In this document: piece after piece, positions 1 to 11,422 of the stretch
Layout of the letters: every line of letters starts with the position of its first letter
Numbering within the stretch: the first letter of the stretch is position 1
Assembly: GCA_002633005.1 (NCBI GenBank)
Contig: NMRA01000207.1
Coordinates: 5,051 to 54,262, forward strand
Direction of reading: 5' to 3'
Length of the DNA: 49,212 nt
DNA from: Phoronis australis
Lineage: Eukaryota; Animalia; Phoronida
Program-made: the position numbers and the translations under genes
Notes under the pieces: model-generated
Told to the model about the DNA's origin: nothing
The model's input: the letters and a program-made list of their open reading frames with translations, nothing else
The model's database searches: none

Positions 1-240
1 GATGTTAGAATGGAGATGGCTAAATACGATTTCAGAACACGATGTTAGAATGGAGATGGCTAAATACGATTTCAGAACACGATGTTAGAATGGAGATGGC
101 TAAATACGATTTCAGAACACGATGTTAGAATGGAGATGGCTAAATACGATTTCAGAACACGATATTAGAATGGAGATGGCTAAATACGATTTCAGAACAC
201 GATGTTAGAATGGAGATGGCTAAATACGATTTCAGAACAC
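1..240. repeat. 40-bp minisatellite, 6 copies in window
   Basis: Unit gatgttagaatggagatggctaaatacgatttcagaacac repeated head-to-tail. Only ~1.6 units occur in the second copy at 2151-2215. Confidence 0.97.
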
Positions 241-587
241 CTTAATGCAGAAAATTAACAGGTCTTAGGCTCCCACTTCAAGGCAATTGTTGATTAAAGG
301 TTTAGACAATCATTACAGTCTTGAAATAATTCATAACAATGTGCCATTAACTAGCGGTTATAAGTGCATTCTCAGAGAATGCACTTTTGTTCAAATGAGA
401 TTTGATTATTTTCATAAACAGTTATGTGGAGCGTAAGACAAAATTTCTGTCTTACGTGTCAAGTCATTTCAGATCCTGGCAGAGCTCAGGCAGGAAGTTG
501 GTTGTCATATCCTATCCTGACAAGGCCGAGGAGGATCAATGCAACAAACATAAAATATTACATTGAATAAAAAATGAGCTACATCTG

Positions 588-745
588 TACAGTGTATATG
601 TACACCGCTGGCGGCGTCAGGCGTATACATTGTACCTGTAGACCCCTGGCGGCTTCAGGCGTATACAGTGTAAATGTAGACCCCTGGCGGCGTCAGGCGT
701 ATACAGTGTACATGTAGACCCCTGGCGGCGTCAGGCATATACAGT
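588..745. repeat. 38-bp minisatellite, ~4 copies (~2 in the duplicate at ~2563-2645)
   Basis: Unit ~tacagtgtaHatgtagacccctggcggcgtcaggcgta. Confidence 0.92.
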
Positions 746-768
746 ATTATGGGACACTAGTGAAGTAA

Positions 769-1157
769 CACAAAGCGCCAAAGAGTTCTTAAACGAGTGA
801 CTTTTTGTACGTTGAAGTGTGCTTAATCAACGAATACCACTAGTCTTGCTTAATCTACGCATACTTTTGCTTAACCTATGCGTACTTTTGTTTAATCTAC
901 ATGTTCTTTTGCTTAATTTACGCGTTTTTGCTTAATCTACGCTTGTTAATCTGCGCTTACTTTTACTTAATCAGTGTACGTGTACTTTTAATTTTTGAAC
1001 GATCATTATTCTGCTTTTAATCACTTAACTTAAGAGCTCGCGCTATTGGTCTATATAAACTAATTAAAAGTACGCGTAGATTTAACAAAACTACTCGTTA
1101 ATAATGCACATTTCAATGTGCAAAGGTACTTGTTTAAGAATCTGTTTGCGCTTCGTG
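769..1157. mobile_element. Non-autonomous TIR element (MITE) with CAC...GTG termini and ~22-bp internal subrepeats
   Basis: Left end cacaaagcgccaaagagttcttaaacgagt... is an imperfect ~100-bp inverse of the right end ...acttgtttaagaatctgtttgcgcttcgtg. Subrepeat tacttttgcttaatctacgcg. Confidence 0.75.
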
Positions 1158-2057
1158 AAGTTATGGGAAATAATCACGTGGAACTAGCAATTTTGCAGTC
1201 ACGTGATGTGATTACATTTGGGGTGAAACGTATCTGTAAATAACTAGCTGGTATGGAGTTACTTGATAAATTTTGTCCTTAACAAAAGGGCATGCCTCAA
1301 GAAGCGTATTTAACCACAGGCAAACTGTGTTCTCTTCAGGTTGACCTCTAAATGTTCCGTTAGTAGAGACTTAGGCTCTGGCTATGACTTCCATCTTCAA
1401 ACCCACTGAGATTTTCGCCTCCAATACTTGAGTGGAATCTGTATAATCAAACGGGAAGGGATGCGCAAATTTATGATTTGTAGAAATTTGTCTTCAAAAC
1501 ATCAGGTGTCCGTGTAGCTACGTTTTTGGTTAGCTTGTCATTCGGTCATAAATCTTCGATTCAAATGTTCGTTCCTTACGTAGTCACGGACATTCCCATA
1601 GCAATCCGCNTTCATCTACAAAATATGGTTACCTTTAAAAACATATTTTCAGCTTTAATTAACTACCGTTTCCCTGTCCCTTGTTACCATGGCAGCCAGC
1701 AGCATTGTCCGCCAACAGTTTCTCAAAGGCAGCAGTAATTTACAGTGAGCAAATACAATGCTGGACAAGCTATTGAAAAAGGTCATCGCAATGGCCCTTA
1801 TGAATTCAAAGTGTATGCAGAACAAACGGGATGCAGGAAACTTGTTGTTGAGCCAACTATGTCACGCATAGTTAATAAGGGTCAGGGCAACAGTGAGAAC
1901 ACAAGCAGGGGATTACTAAAGTTGAGTTTTAGCAAAGAAAAAAAATTATCTTTGGCTTTCCCTTAAAAATACAATCATGAAAACTATAGAGCGCCATGAG
2001 CTTGTCAAATAAAATTAAATTTCTGGATAACGCTACTTAAGATAAAGTAAGCTTCAA

Positions 2058-2150
2058 CCACATACAATACACCACTCTACCTGTAAGTTGATCCACATAC
2101 AATACACCACTCTACCTGTAAGTTGATCCACATACAATACACCACTCTAC
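2058..2150. repeat. 35-bp tandem repeat, ~2.7 copies
   Basis: Unit ccacatacaatacaccactctacctgtaagttgat. Confidence 0.9.
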
Positions 2151-2667
2151 ATGGCTAAATACGATTTCAGAACACGATGTTAGAATGGAGATGGCTAAAT
2201 ACGATTTTAGAACACCTTAATGCAGAAAATTAACAGGTCTTAGGCTCCCACTTCAAGGCAATTGTTGATTAAAGGTTTAGACAATCATTACAGTCTTGAA
2301 ATAATTCATAACAATGTGCCATGAACTAGCGGTTATAAGTGCATTCTCAGAGAATGCACTTTTGTTCAAATGAGATTTGATTATTTTCATAAACAGTTAT
2401 GTGGAGCGTAAGACAAAATTTCTGTCTTACGTGTCAAGTCATTTCAGATCCTGGAAGAGCTCAGGCAGGAAGTTGGTTGTCATATCCTATCCTGACAAGG
2501 CCGAGGAGGATCAATGCAACAAACATAAAATATTACATTGAATAAAAAATGAGCTACATCTGTACAGTGTATATGTACACCGCTGGCGGCTTCAGGCGTA
2601 TACAGTGTAAATGTAGACCCCTGGCGGCGTCAGGCATATACAGTATTATGGGACACTAGTGAAGTAA

Positions 2668-3077
2668 CACAAAGCGCCAAAGAGTTCTTAAACGAGTAAC
2701 TTTTTGTACGTTGAAGTGTGCTTAATCAACGAATACCACTAGTCTTGCTTAATCTACGCATACTTTTGCTTAACCTACGCGTACTTTTGCTTAATCTATG
2801 CGTACTTTTGTTTAATCTACATGTTCTTTTGCTTAATTTACGCGTTTTTGCTTAATCTACGCTTGTTAATCTGCGCTTACTTTTACTTAATCAGTGTACG
2901 TGTACTTTTAATTTTTGAACGATCATTATTCTGCTTTTAATCACTTAACTTAAGAGCTCGCGCTATTGGTCTATATAAACTAATTAAAAGTACGCGTAGA
3001 TTTAACAAAACTACTCGTTAATAATGCACATTTCAATGTGCAAAGGTACTTGTTTAAGAATCTGTTTGCGCTTCGTG
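2668..3077. mobile_element. Second (allelic/duplicated) copy of the 769-1157 MITE
   Basis: Same termini, one additional 22-bp subrepeat. Confidence 0.75.
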
Positions 3078-3629
3078 AAGTTATGGGAAATAATCACGTG
3101 GAACTAGCAATTTTGCAGTCACGTGATGTGATTACATTTGGGGTGAAACGTATCTGTAAATAACTAGTTGGTATGGAGTTACTTGATAAATTTTGTCCTT
3201 AACAAAAGGGCATGCCTCAAGAAGCGTATTTAACCACAGGCAAACTGTGTTCTCTTCAGGTTGACCTCTAAATGTTCCGTTAGTAGAGACTTAGGCTCTG
3301 GCTATGACTTCCATCTTCAAACCCACTGAGATTTTCGCCTCCAATACTTGAGTGGAATCTGTATAGTCAAACGGGAAGGGATGCGCAAATTTATGATTTG
3401 TAGAAATTTGTCTTCAAAACATCAGGTGTACGTGTAGCTACGTTTTTGGTTAGCTTGTCATTCGGTCATAAATCTTCGATTCAAATGTTCGTTCCTTACG
3501 TAGTCACGGACATTCCCATAGCAGTCCGCGGCAGTGCGAAGTCATAGGAGTGCATTCCGTCGACAAGGGCAGCGTTGGGGCATTGAAATGGGTCCATGGT
3601 GCATCCAAAAAGATATGTTTCTAAGGGCC

Positions 3630-4367
3630 AGTAGGGGGTGCTGCAGTAGTTAAATCAGTCCAAAAATCAATTGGTGCAAGCGCATTGTCATTATAATACG
3701 GTGGCTGTAAAAGAACAAAACGGCAACTTTTTCCTCCGTTGCTAACTCTATCGATAGACTATTAATTCTATTGATAGACTTTTAGCTCTATCGATAGAGT
3801 AATTAGGTTTATTGATAGAGTTAATAAGTCTATCGATAGAGTTGACAACAGAGAAAAAAGTTGCCGTGCCGTCTTTTTACAGCCACCGTATTATAATACC
3901 TATAAATCAAGTTTAATTGAGATCCGTCAACCGCAGTTCATTACATGGACATCCCTTGAGAACAAAATGGTTACTAGGAGGTGCCGCAGTAGTCGAATAC
4001 GCCCAAAATTTAATGATACTGGCGTACTGACATCACATACTCGTTAGGGACGTGACAAAAAATTTCAAATTCTTATTTAATATTTAAAAATGCATTGATT
4101 TAATAAAACATCAAAAACAGAGTCAAACAAAAAAAAAATTAACAAAATCCATTAAGCCGNAACCAGCTCCAACGTTTAATGGTGCCAGCGCATTGACATC
4201 ACATATTTCTGAATCAAGTTTCACTAAAATCTGTTGATCGATTCCCAAGATGTCATCCGGAAACGCTCTTTCCTCAAAATAACACTTGAAAAGCCCCACA
4301 AAATGACCACTGCAAGGTGTCTCAGAGGGCAAGTCCACCAGGAAATTCAATGATGCGCATTGGAGTT
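3630..4367 (-). repeat. Degenerate satellite-like host repeat (same family as 47530-48840, opposite strand) and target of the Maverick
   Basis: Recurrent ...aatggtgccagcgcattgacatcacata motif. actaggaggtgccgcagtagtcgaa (~3973) matches the reverse complement of ttcgactactgtggcgcctcctagt (~47940). The repeat resumes at 22022-22120. Confidence 0.7.
3697..3890. mobile_element. 194-bp palindromic MITE, IS3EU-like
   Basis: Perfect 16-bp termini tacggtggctgtaaaa / ttttacagccaccgta and a perfect 6-bp TSD ttataa (3691-3696, 3891-3896). TAY..RTA ends with a 6-bp TSD are IS3EU hallmarks. Internal ctatcgatag palindromes. Confidence 0.8.
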
Positions 4368-4911
4368 AGTAGTATAGTAAGAGGTTTAAGACTCCTACTT
4401 ATGAGGGTCCTAGGTCAAAGGTCTCAATTCTGAAAGGAAAGGTAAAAGGTCACATGTGATGGATGCAATCGGAAGAGACATCATCTGTCTATCGGACGGA
4501 AGTGTCAATGACGTCACACCTCATTACGTAATATGTTTAATTAGGCCCGTAAGAGAGGCACCTCGATCCAAGGTCAAAGATCATACGTGTATCCGGTAAT
4601 CTGGAAGTTCGAATTGGAAATCACGTTACTGCTGACGTTATCAGGTAAATGAAGGTGTGGCACCGTCGTCCACCCTGATGTTACGAAAAGATAACGTTGA
4701 ATACGTTGTGTTTGTAGAGTTCAACTGATCGAGAGCCGAAACAAAAGAGGGATTACGTAGCGTGCTGAATAAGAGCAAAGGGTAGATTACCTTATTTCGC
4801 GTGCGCCAAGTGTCGTTGTTGTATATTGTTCTCATTTATCAAAACAAATGTTGCGTATAATCCGCTACAATTCATAAGGGGATAACCACTCAACTCAACA
4901 ACAGATGTCGC
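4368..4911 (+). repeat. Maverick left TIR
   Basis: Starts agtagtatagtaag. Reverse complement aligns with 21496-22021, roughly 80-85% identical by eye. Confidence 0.93.
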
Positions 4912-5100
4912 GTAAAGTCTAACCCAGGTACAGACGGTACTAAACTAATAATACTAATAATAAGATGTGACCACCTAGAACATAAAATTAATATTGTTTA
5001 AACGTGTATTCGAATACACTACAAAAATCACCAAGACGTTCAGACACCATCATCCGTAAAAGTAGTAAATTATTAGTAGCAAATTATAAAATGTCCCGAA

Positions 5101-8100
5101 TTAAATGTTCAATGGTCCAGTGATTACGCCGTCGTCGAACAATTGTCTTTTGGGATAAAAGTAGGTGAATGAGCACCTCTGTTGCAGATAGGTATACATG
5201 GTTTTATCGCCACCTAACCGAAATTCTTTGTTGAGGGCAGAGCTACTCTTAGTGGTCTGCAACACTTTGAGATACCTCGCTTTGTCGATTTCATTTCTCT
5301 GCCGTTGTACTCCTGTACAGCTAAAATGCGATTTACCGCCGTCCGTCCCCACGTAATACGTTTTAGAGCAAAGCGCGATGCATTAGTCCCTTTCGAATTC
5401 CAACTGCAAAATACCGAGCGTGGGCGTGTCGCAGGCCTCGTTTTTTCCGTGTCTGTTCGCGGAACCCAAACATGTTTTCCCCCTCGAAAGCTGCTCGCAT
5501 GTCTGGTTTAATCACGTCCTCGAGACAGTTAGCGGATATAGCAATGTACGCCGAGTCTGTGTCCATCTCACAATAGTCGAAATCGGACTTGTCGACGAAT
5601 CTTAACATGAAGTTGTAGTAAAACTCCAACATGCGCAAATTCGCGTACCCGATACTGATAAACAAAGAAGACTGTTTGAATAAGCAGTTTCAGGCGGATG
5701 GTGTTCTTTTTCATCTCCAGTTCTTAGGTTCCGTCCCCGACGTAGTTGACGTATCTAAATACGGGAACTGGACTTCCCGTTGAGCCTTAGCCTCTCCGCA
5801 GTACTTCATGTCATGATGCCTTTCTTCATTCGTTCCTCGTCCTCGGAGTTCCATCGTCATTACTCGTGAGACGGCAGTCGTGGCTGTGCTAGTTATATCC
5901 CTGGAATTGGAACACTTTGTACGACTGACGACAGAAACCGTTCACTGGAATACGACGCTGTACCACCCTTTTTCAACCCCGCTACGTAATCCAACCAAGC
6001 CGTTGCCTTTAGCGCCTTAAGGTGGGAAAATTCTCGTTGGAAATTGTTTTCTTGCCAACGACGAATAAAGGGTCCGGTCGGTTGCTCGTATTTTGATGCT
6101 GCGAAGGTAAAGTGAATTTACATCGAAACCAAGAATCTTTGACGCTATCTTTGGTATTTTCCCACTTTCTCCATCTCCCTTTGGCGTATAAAAGTCTTTC
6201 CCTTTTCGTGGTATCTGTGGAAAACAATACTAGGACCTCCCACGATATTCTGTTTGAAGGTATAATACAAGTCCTTGTATTTTCACTCAAAGAGCGTAAA
6301 GAATACGTTACCGACATTTTGAAGAGAATCTTAAAGGTCAATCCGGGCACGCTTATGCCATCCTTGAAGAGGTCGACTCCCTTTTCCTTGTAGAACGCCG
6401 CCATGGTATCTACGGATTCCAGCATGGGTCCGGTGTCTTTGTTTTTGTACCACACCAAAACATCTTTCAGATTCTTCCTGTTGATGTCTTTCCATGCCTT
6501 CAGACAGAGGGCGTAATCGCCGACGCTTATCGCCTCCCCTTTCAAACCGCTGTAAAAATCCGCTTGAGGTGGTAGAGCCGTTTCCACTTGTTTACCCAAG
6601 TTGTCCACGTACTCGGAGGAAAAGAAACCTTTCACTTCAGTCGTCTCGTAAGTCTTCAAAAAATTTACATGGCTACAACCCGGGGCTACGTAATTGACAA
6701 TTTCGAGAAATTTAGGTTGATCTGTTGTTAAACACATAAAGTTATTGTTGCGCTTGATCACGAACCTCAAATCTTGCATTGATGAAAGTATTGGAAAAAA
6801 CTGCTCCTTCATCGTATTCAGGTGGTAATTTCTCCGAATTGAAACTAAACTCGGTATCTGCTTGAGGTAACGATCAAACTCGGCGCCAGGTCTTGCAGGA
6901 AGTGACGAGGAGGTTTATCTTCGGTTTCCCCGTCTTCGTCAACGTCATCCACTTTGGCGTTGTCTGCTACATCCCCACGAACGGTCTCTTGAATTTTTTC
7001 AAAGACCCACGCAAGCTTCTCTCTAAGTAGGCGATATGCCTGGTCACTAATGACGACAAGATGTTGAATCATTTGCTCACCAATTCTTTTGGGTCACCGT
7101 TAGATACAAAACACTGCGGATCTTCAAACCCGTCGACGTTACTGGCCACACAAACATTCATTATCTCGTGTTCTCTCTCCCAGGTTAGTTTAGGACTTTT
7201 TTCCGTTGCTTTCATGAACGTCTCTGTATCAAACGCCGCCCTGTAGGGGTAGTACCGATCGCTTTCGGGAATAACGTATCCTTCTTCTTCCAGTTTCTCG
7301 AAAAATGTGAGTGGTTTTGCGTACGCTTTACCAAGATACACGTGTCTCAAACTGTTATCGCACGTTTGTTGGTGTCTCGATACATTCCACGCGGTATTCC
7401 AAAACGAAACACAGAGATTACATTGGTAAGACCTACAATACTTCTTGATGTCGTGAAAGTACGAAAAATGGTCTTCGTACAAATTGAGAAAAAGTTCGTC
7501 GTCAAACTGGCGATAGGGTCGGCAAAGCAAGCGAGCAGTGACACCGTCTTCGAATTCTTCCAACTCGTATACGTAGATGCCGATTTGGAACTTGTTTTGC
7601 ATTTCTGGAAAACGCCTTGAAACTGTCTCGATGGTGTACCCTTATGACGAAGATATTGGTCGTAAAGTTGTTTGGTCAACTTCTGTAATTCCCTAAGAGA
7701 TCGCAGTCGCTGAGAGGCCTGACAGCAAAAAGAAACAACCAAACGCCGTGTTTCCCGTTTGCGTCGCTTGTCATCGCCCACATACCTTCATTATGTGCAA
7801 GGTATGGTGGAAGTGAAACGGGTGCCCGATGGGATGATCAATCATGTGTGTTACATAAACAGTCAAGTTGGTAACGAGTTCAACGATCCACCTCGACGTG
7901 CGTAGTTGTTGTCTCACCAATTCGAGAACGTCCAGGTCACCCAGAATGGAAAACAAAACGTCCAGATCTCGTTATCGTCTCACTACAATGGCTTCATCCA
8001 TGAACGCGTTATTGTTCAAACTCCAGTGAAAATACCGGAGTTCGTTATCTTCCTGGTTTCTGAGAATGAAACCGTAAGAAAAAGTGATTTTAAATACAAG

Positions 8101-8521
8101 TCTCTGTTGTCTAAAAACCCTCAGGATGTGTTCACGAAGGTTTTCGGGGTTCAACCCCTGCAGACGAAAGTTGTAAATATCTTGCACCAGCCTTCTTAAC
8201 ATGGCTGCCCTGGTGCGTATAGCCGACCGGTTGTCCCGATAGATGATAGCCATAGCGGGATCGATGTTTACGGGAATATTAATTGGCTACTCCGGATCGT
8301 CAGCGATGACGTTACTTTCAGGCGATGACGTAGACGCCGCGCTGAAGGTAGAGCCATGTTGGTTGCCGTTAAAGTGACTTCTGCCGCATCGGTGTCTCTC
8401 GACATTGTTCCTTCGGCTGAATGTACTGCCACAAAATTCGCAAGCGTGTCTTCCCCGTGAACCCTTTGTCGATGTTTTTGTAGGCCTCGAGGCGTAGGGA
8501 ACGTCTTTCCACAAATATTGC
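5101..8521 (-). pseudogene. Protein-primed family B DNA polymerase (pPolB) with N-terminal C2H2 fingers, terminal-protein-like region, OTU-like domain, 3'-5' exonuclease and Vsr-like insert
   Basis: ExoI AFDTET (~7170), KGFFSSEY, motif A ILGFDVNSLYL (~6105-6137), motif C YCEMDTDS (~5553-5575), C-terminal KRQLFDDGVITGPLNI. Many stops and frameshifts. Motif B region deleted at ~5830. First codons lie at 10636-10649 beyond the LINE. Confidence 0.93.
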
Positions 8522-10635
8522 GATGTTTACGGAAAAATCCCTGAAAGGATCATGGCGCAAAGAATCACCAAGTTAATTGAACCCTGGCCCCTCCCAGAAA
8601 TGGGTGCTTATCGACCTGGTAGAGATTCATTGGCCAACGCAGTTTCTGTTGCAGATGAGATAAGGTTTTGAAAACAAAGAAAACACTCTCCTCGTTGGCC
8701 TTGATCTAGAAGATGCGTACAATTCTGTTCAACTTCCAAACTTGCGGATGGCATGCTTCATCTCGGTATTCATGTACGATGCATTAGATGGGTGATGAGT
8801 GCCCTCAACAGCCGGCGATGCATGCTAAAACATCGCACTTGGCGTTCAGAATGGGTATCTGTCAACACAGGCTTACCCCAAGGTTCACCTCTGTCCCCAG
8901 TGCTGTTCAATATCTACACCCTCCCACTCGCCAGACTGAACCGCGCTGACTGCCGACTTCGCACCTTTGCAGACGACATGCTGCTGTCATCGCAAGGACA
9001 AACACATCATGAGATTCTCCACAAAGCACAGTCTTCATTGATAAAAATCTGCGAGTTTTGTGCTACCAGCGGAATGAGCTGCAATGGAGACAAATGTGAA
9101 GCTCTCTTCTATACTCTGGACAATCGCCTCAGTGTTGATGATTTCCCTTGCCCTACCTACGATGGGAAGTTGATTGCTACATCTGACCACATGCGTCACT
9201 TGGGTGTAGAACTTGACCGCAGGCTCAACTTCACAACTCAAGTTAACAGTATGATCAGCCGTGCCAACAGAGGAATCAATGCCCTTAGGGCTGCGGCTGG
9301 TCGGAAGGCGGAGGAAAGGCACCTCGTCATGCTTTATAAAGCCCTGGTCACTTCGATCTTCGACTACGCTCTCCCCATGATCAACATCAGTAAAAATCAA
9401 ATCAACAGACTTGAGAGGCTCCAGAACATTGGTCTTCGCGTCATCACTGGATGTACGAGAACTACGTCAGTCACAGCATTACGTTACCTTGTCGGTATTC
9501 CCAGCATTGCAGACAGACAATCCCTTCTACAAGGTATTACTGTAGCCAAGGCTGTTCAAAGCCCCTTCCATCCATTACACAGTCAAGTGAAGACTGCACT
9601 TGACAGGTGCGTGAACCCCGTCCCTGCAACAGAAACTTATGGACTTCGTCCTAGACCTTTTCGCAATGCCTCCCACCAAAGACTTAGCAGGTGCTCGTGG
9701 ACTGTCGCTGCTGTTAACGCAACCATGGGTCTCATCGGCGAACACATGATCGCGCAAGTTGCTGCTTGGCTGCCAGTACAAGAACTTGGTGAGGAACCGA
9801 ATGTCATCATTGCTTTCAACAGGGAAGCTCGGGAATGGCCTCCTGGAGTAGCCCAAGCATTGTGCCGTCAGCAATGGCGTGATCTTGGCGGTATTAATGC
9901 CATCATTGTAGCAACTGATGGATCCTTCGATGGTGAAACTAATCGTGTGGGATGGGGTTATCAAATACGCTGTGCTAACAACGTCATTGCGGAAGGTAGT
10001 GGCTTGCCACCATGTATACACAAGCAGTACGCGGATGGAGTTTGAGGCTATACAACGTGCCCTAACCAAGCTGTCACTCCTAGACCTGGAGAATCACACC
10101 ATTATCTTTGCCACCGATTCCATGGCAGTGTTGATGAAAGTTCAATCGGGAAACCTCCTAGCCAACTGGGGTGTCTTCCGATCACGCCACCCTCATCATG
10201 TAGTGATCTGGTCTTTCGTACCTGGCCACGCCGGTGTCTTGGTTAATGAGCGTACAGATTACCTCGCTGGCTCATGCACCACCAACCAACCCCTTTACTT
10301 ATATTCGGCTGACGTTAAGCTGCTGTCTCGCAAACGCAACCTCGAGCAGACTGCATCCCAGCTGGCTGAGTTCAATGATGGCAGCCGCCTGTTCGAAGCC
10401 GGTATTATTTATGGCCATGCTGCGAAGAGTCACAAGAAGGGCCGTGCCCAAGTGCTGTCTAATCAAATGCTTACAGGCAACGTCAGCCCTGGAGTTCTCC
10501 GCCTTCTGCTGTCACGGGGATGGTCTGGGGAGGGGATTAATGCACCAGCATATCCCCAATGATCCTGTCCGCGACAGGTATTACAGGTATATTGCAGCAG
10601 TTTTCTTTCATTGCTGAAAGAAAATAAATAAAAAT
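8522..10635 (+). mobile_element. 5'-truncated non-LTR retrotransposon (I group: RT + RNase H) inserted in the Maverick
   Basis: Starts mid-RT (DVYGKIPERIMAQRI). Motifs GAYRPGR, LDLEDAYNSV, GLPQGSPLSPVLFNIY, FADD, HLGV, RNase H ATDGS / MEFEAI / TDS / VPGHAGVLVNERTDYLA. Ends aaataaataaaaat. Confidence 0.95.
8753..10562 (+). pseudogene. LINE ORF2 reverse transcriptase-RNase H (430-aa and 214-aa ORFs joined by one frameshift near 10000)
   Basis: ORFs 8753-10045 and 9918-10562 carry RT and RNase H motifs respectively. Confidence 0.9.
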
Positions 10636-10649
10636 CAATATGAAGACAA

Positions 10650-11063
10650 ATTCGAATCCAAATACCATAAAGCAACACGTCCGACATAGTTCTGTAAAAA
10701 GTTGTCCGCTCTCTCGTAGTCACTTTAAAAGAGGTCGTTATAAATATAATCTGCGATCATTTCTAAAATACAACTGAAGATGCCTCAATCAGATAACGAT
10801 CACCTCTATAATCGTCACACTCTTGCACAAATTGTTTAACGTGTCTTATTAACCATCGTATACATTTGTTTGGAAAGATATTTCTTTTATACCGCTCTAT
10901 AACAAGCAATACGCGGAGTACTCTAAATTTTTCTTCTGCTATGACACTGATTCTGTAATTTTGTCGTCCTGTTTGTGGTTGAACAGCAAGCGAGTCATGT
11001 TGCGTGCCCTTGTGTATTGTCAATAACCTGTTGTGTGTCTTTTTTCGTCTTCAGCATTCTCAT
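10650..11063 (-). pseudogene. Putative small Maverick ORF of unknown function upstream of pPolB
   Basis: 86-aa open frame 10763-11023 with apparent continuation through stops. No recognised motif. Confidence 0.3.
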
Positions 11064-11139
11064 CCGCTTCTATAGATGCTTTGATGTGCTGAAATTGACA
11101 GAACGTAACCCTTTAAGTACACGAACAAAAAAACGGTCT

Positions 11140-11400
11140 AAACCGGTTACTATGACGTCACTGTAAATAAAACCACGTGATTGGTCAGTGTTTAGGTATT
11201 ACAAAACAAGAGTTTCGTTTGTCGGGTCTGCCCAAACGTTCCCGAACATGTCTGAAGTAACCCTTTCGGTCTACACCGATTAGACTCACGTGATCTCAAA
11301 TGTTAGCACATGATTGGTCAATATCGATTTGTGTATTGCATAACAAGTGATTTCGTGTGCCGGGCCTGTCCAAACGTGTCTGAACGTGTCTGAACGTGTT
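11140..11400. promoter_or_regulatory. Candidate bidirectional promoter between the minus-strand pPolB unit and the plus-strand gene block
   Basis: Divergence point of gene orientation. CRE tgacgtca (~11152), E-boxes cacgtg, and two inverted CCAAT boxes (gattggtca) within a ~130-bp degenerate direct duplication. Confidence 0.5.
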
Positions 11401-11422
11401 CACAGATATGTAACAGACCAAA

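Larger units (their letters stand above)
176..3528 (+). repeat. Near-identical ~1.4-kb direct duplication (176-1609 vs 2151-3528), probably two haplotypes joined at the N at 1610
   Basis: Copies differ by a few SNPs and VNTR unit number. The first copy ends exactly at a single N. Confidence 0.85.

Noticed and set aside
1-240. CRISPR-like periodicity (also 22867-23264)
   Set aside because: Units are contiguous with no unique spacers, no cas genes are present, and the context is eukaryotic.
9035-10069. Minus-strand ORFs of 121 and 164 aa
   Set aside because: Antisense shadows of the LINE RT with no motifs.
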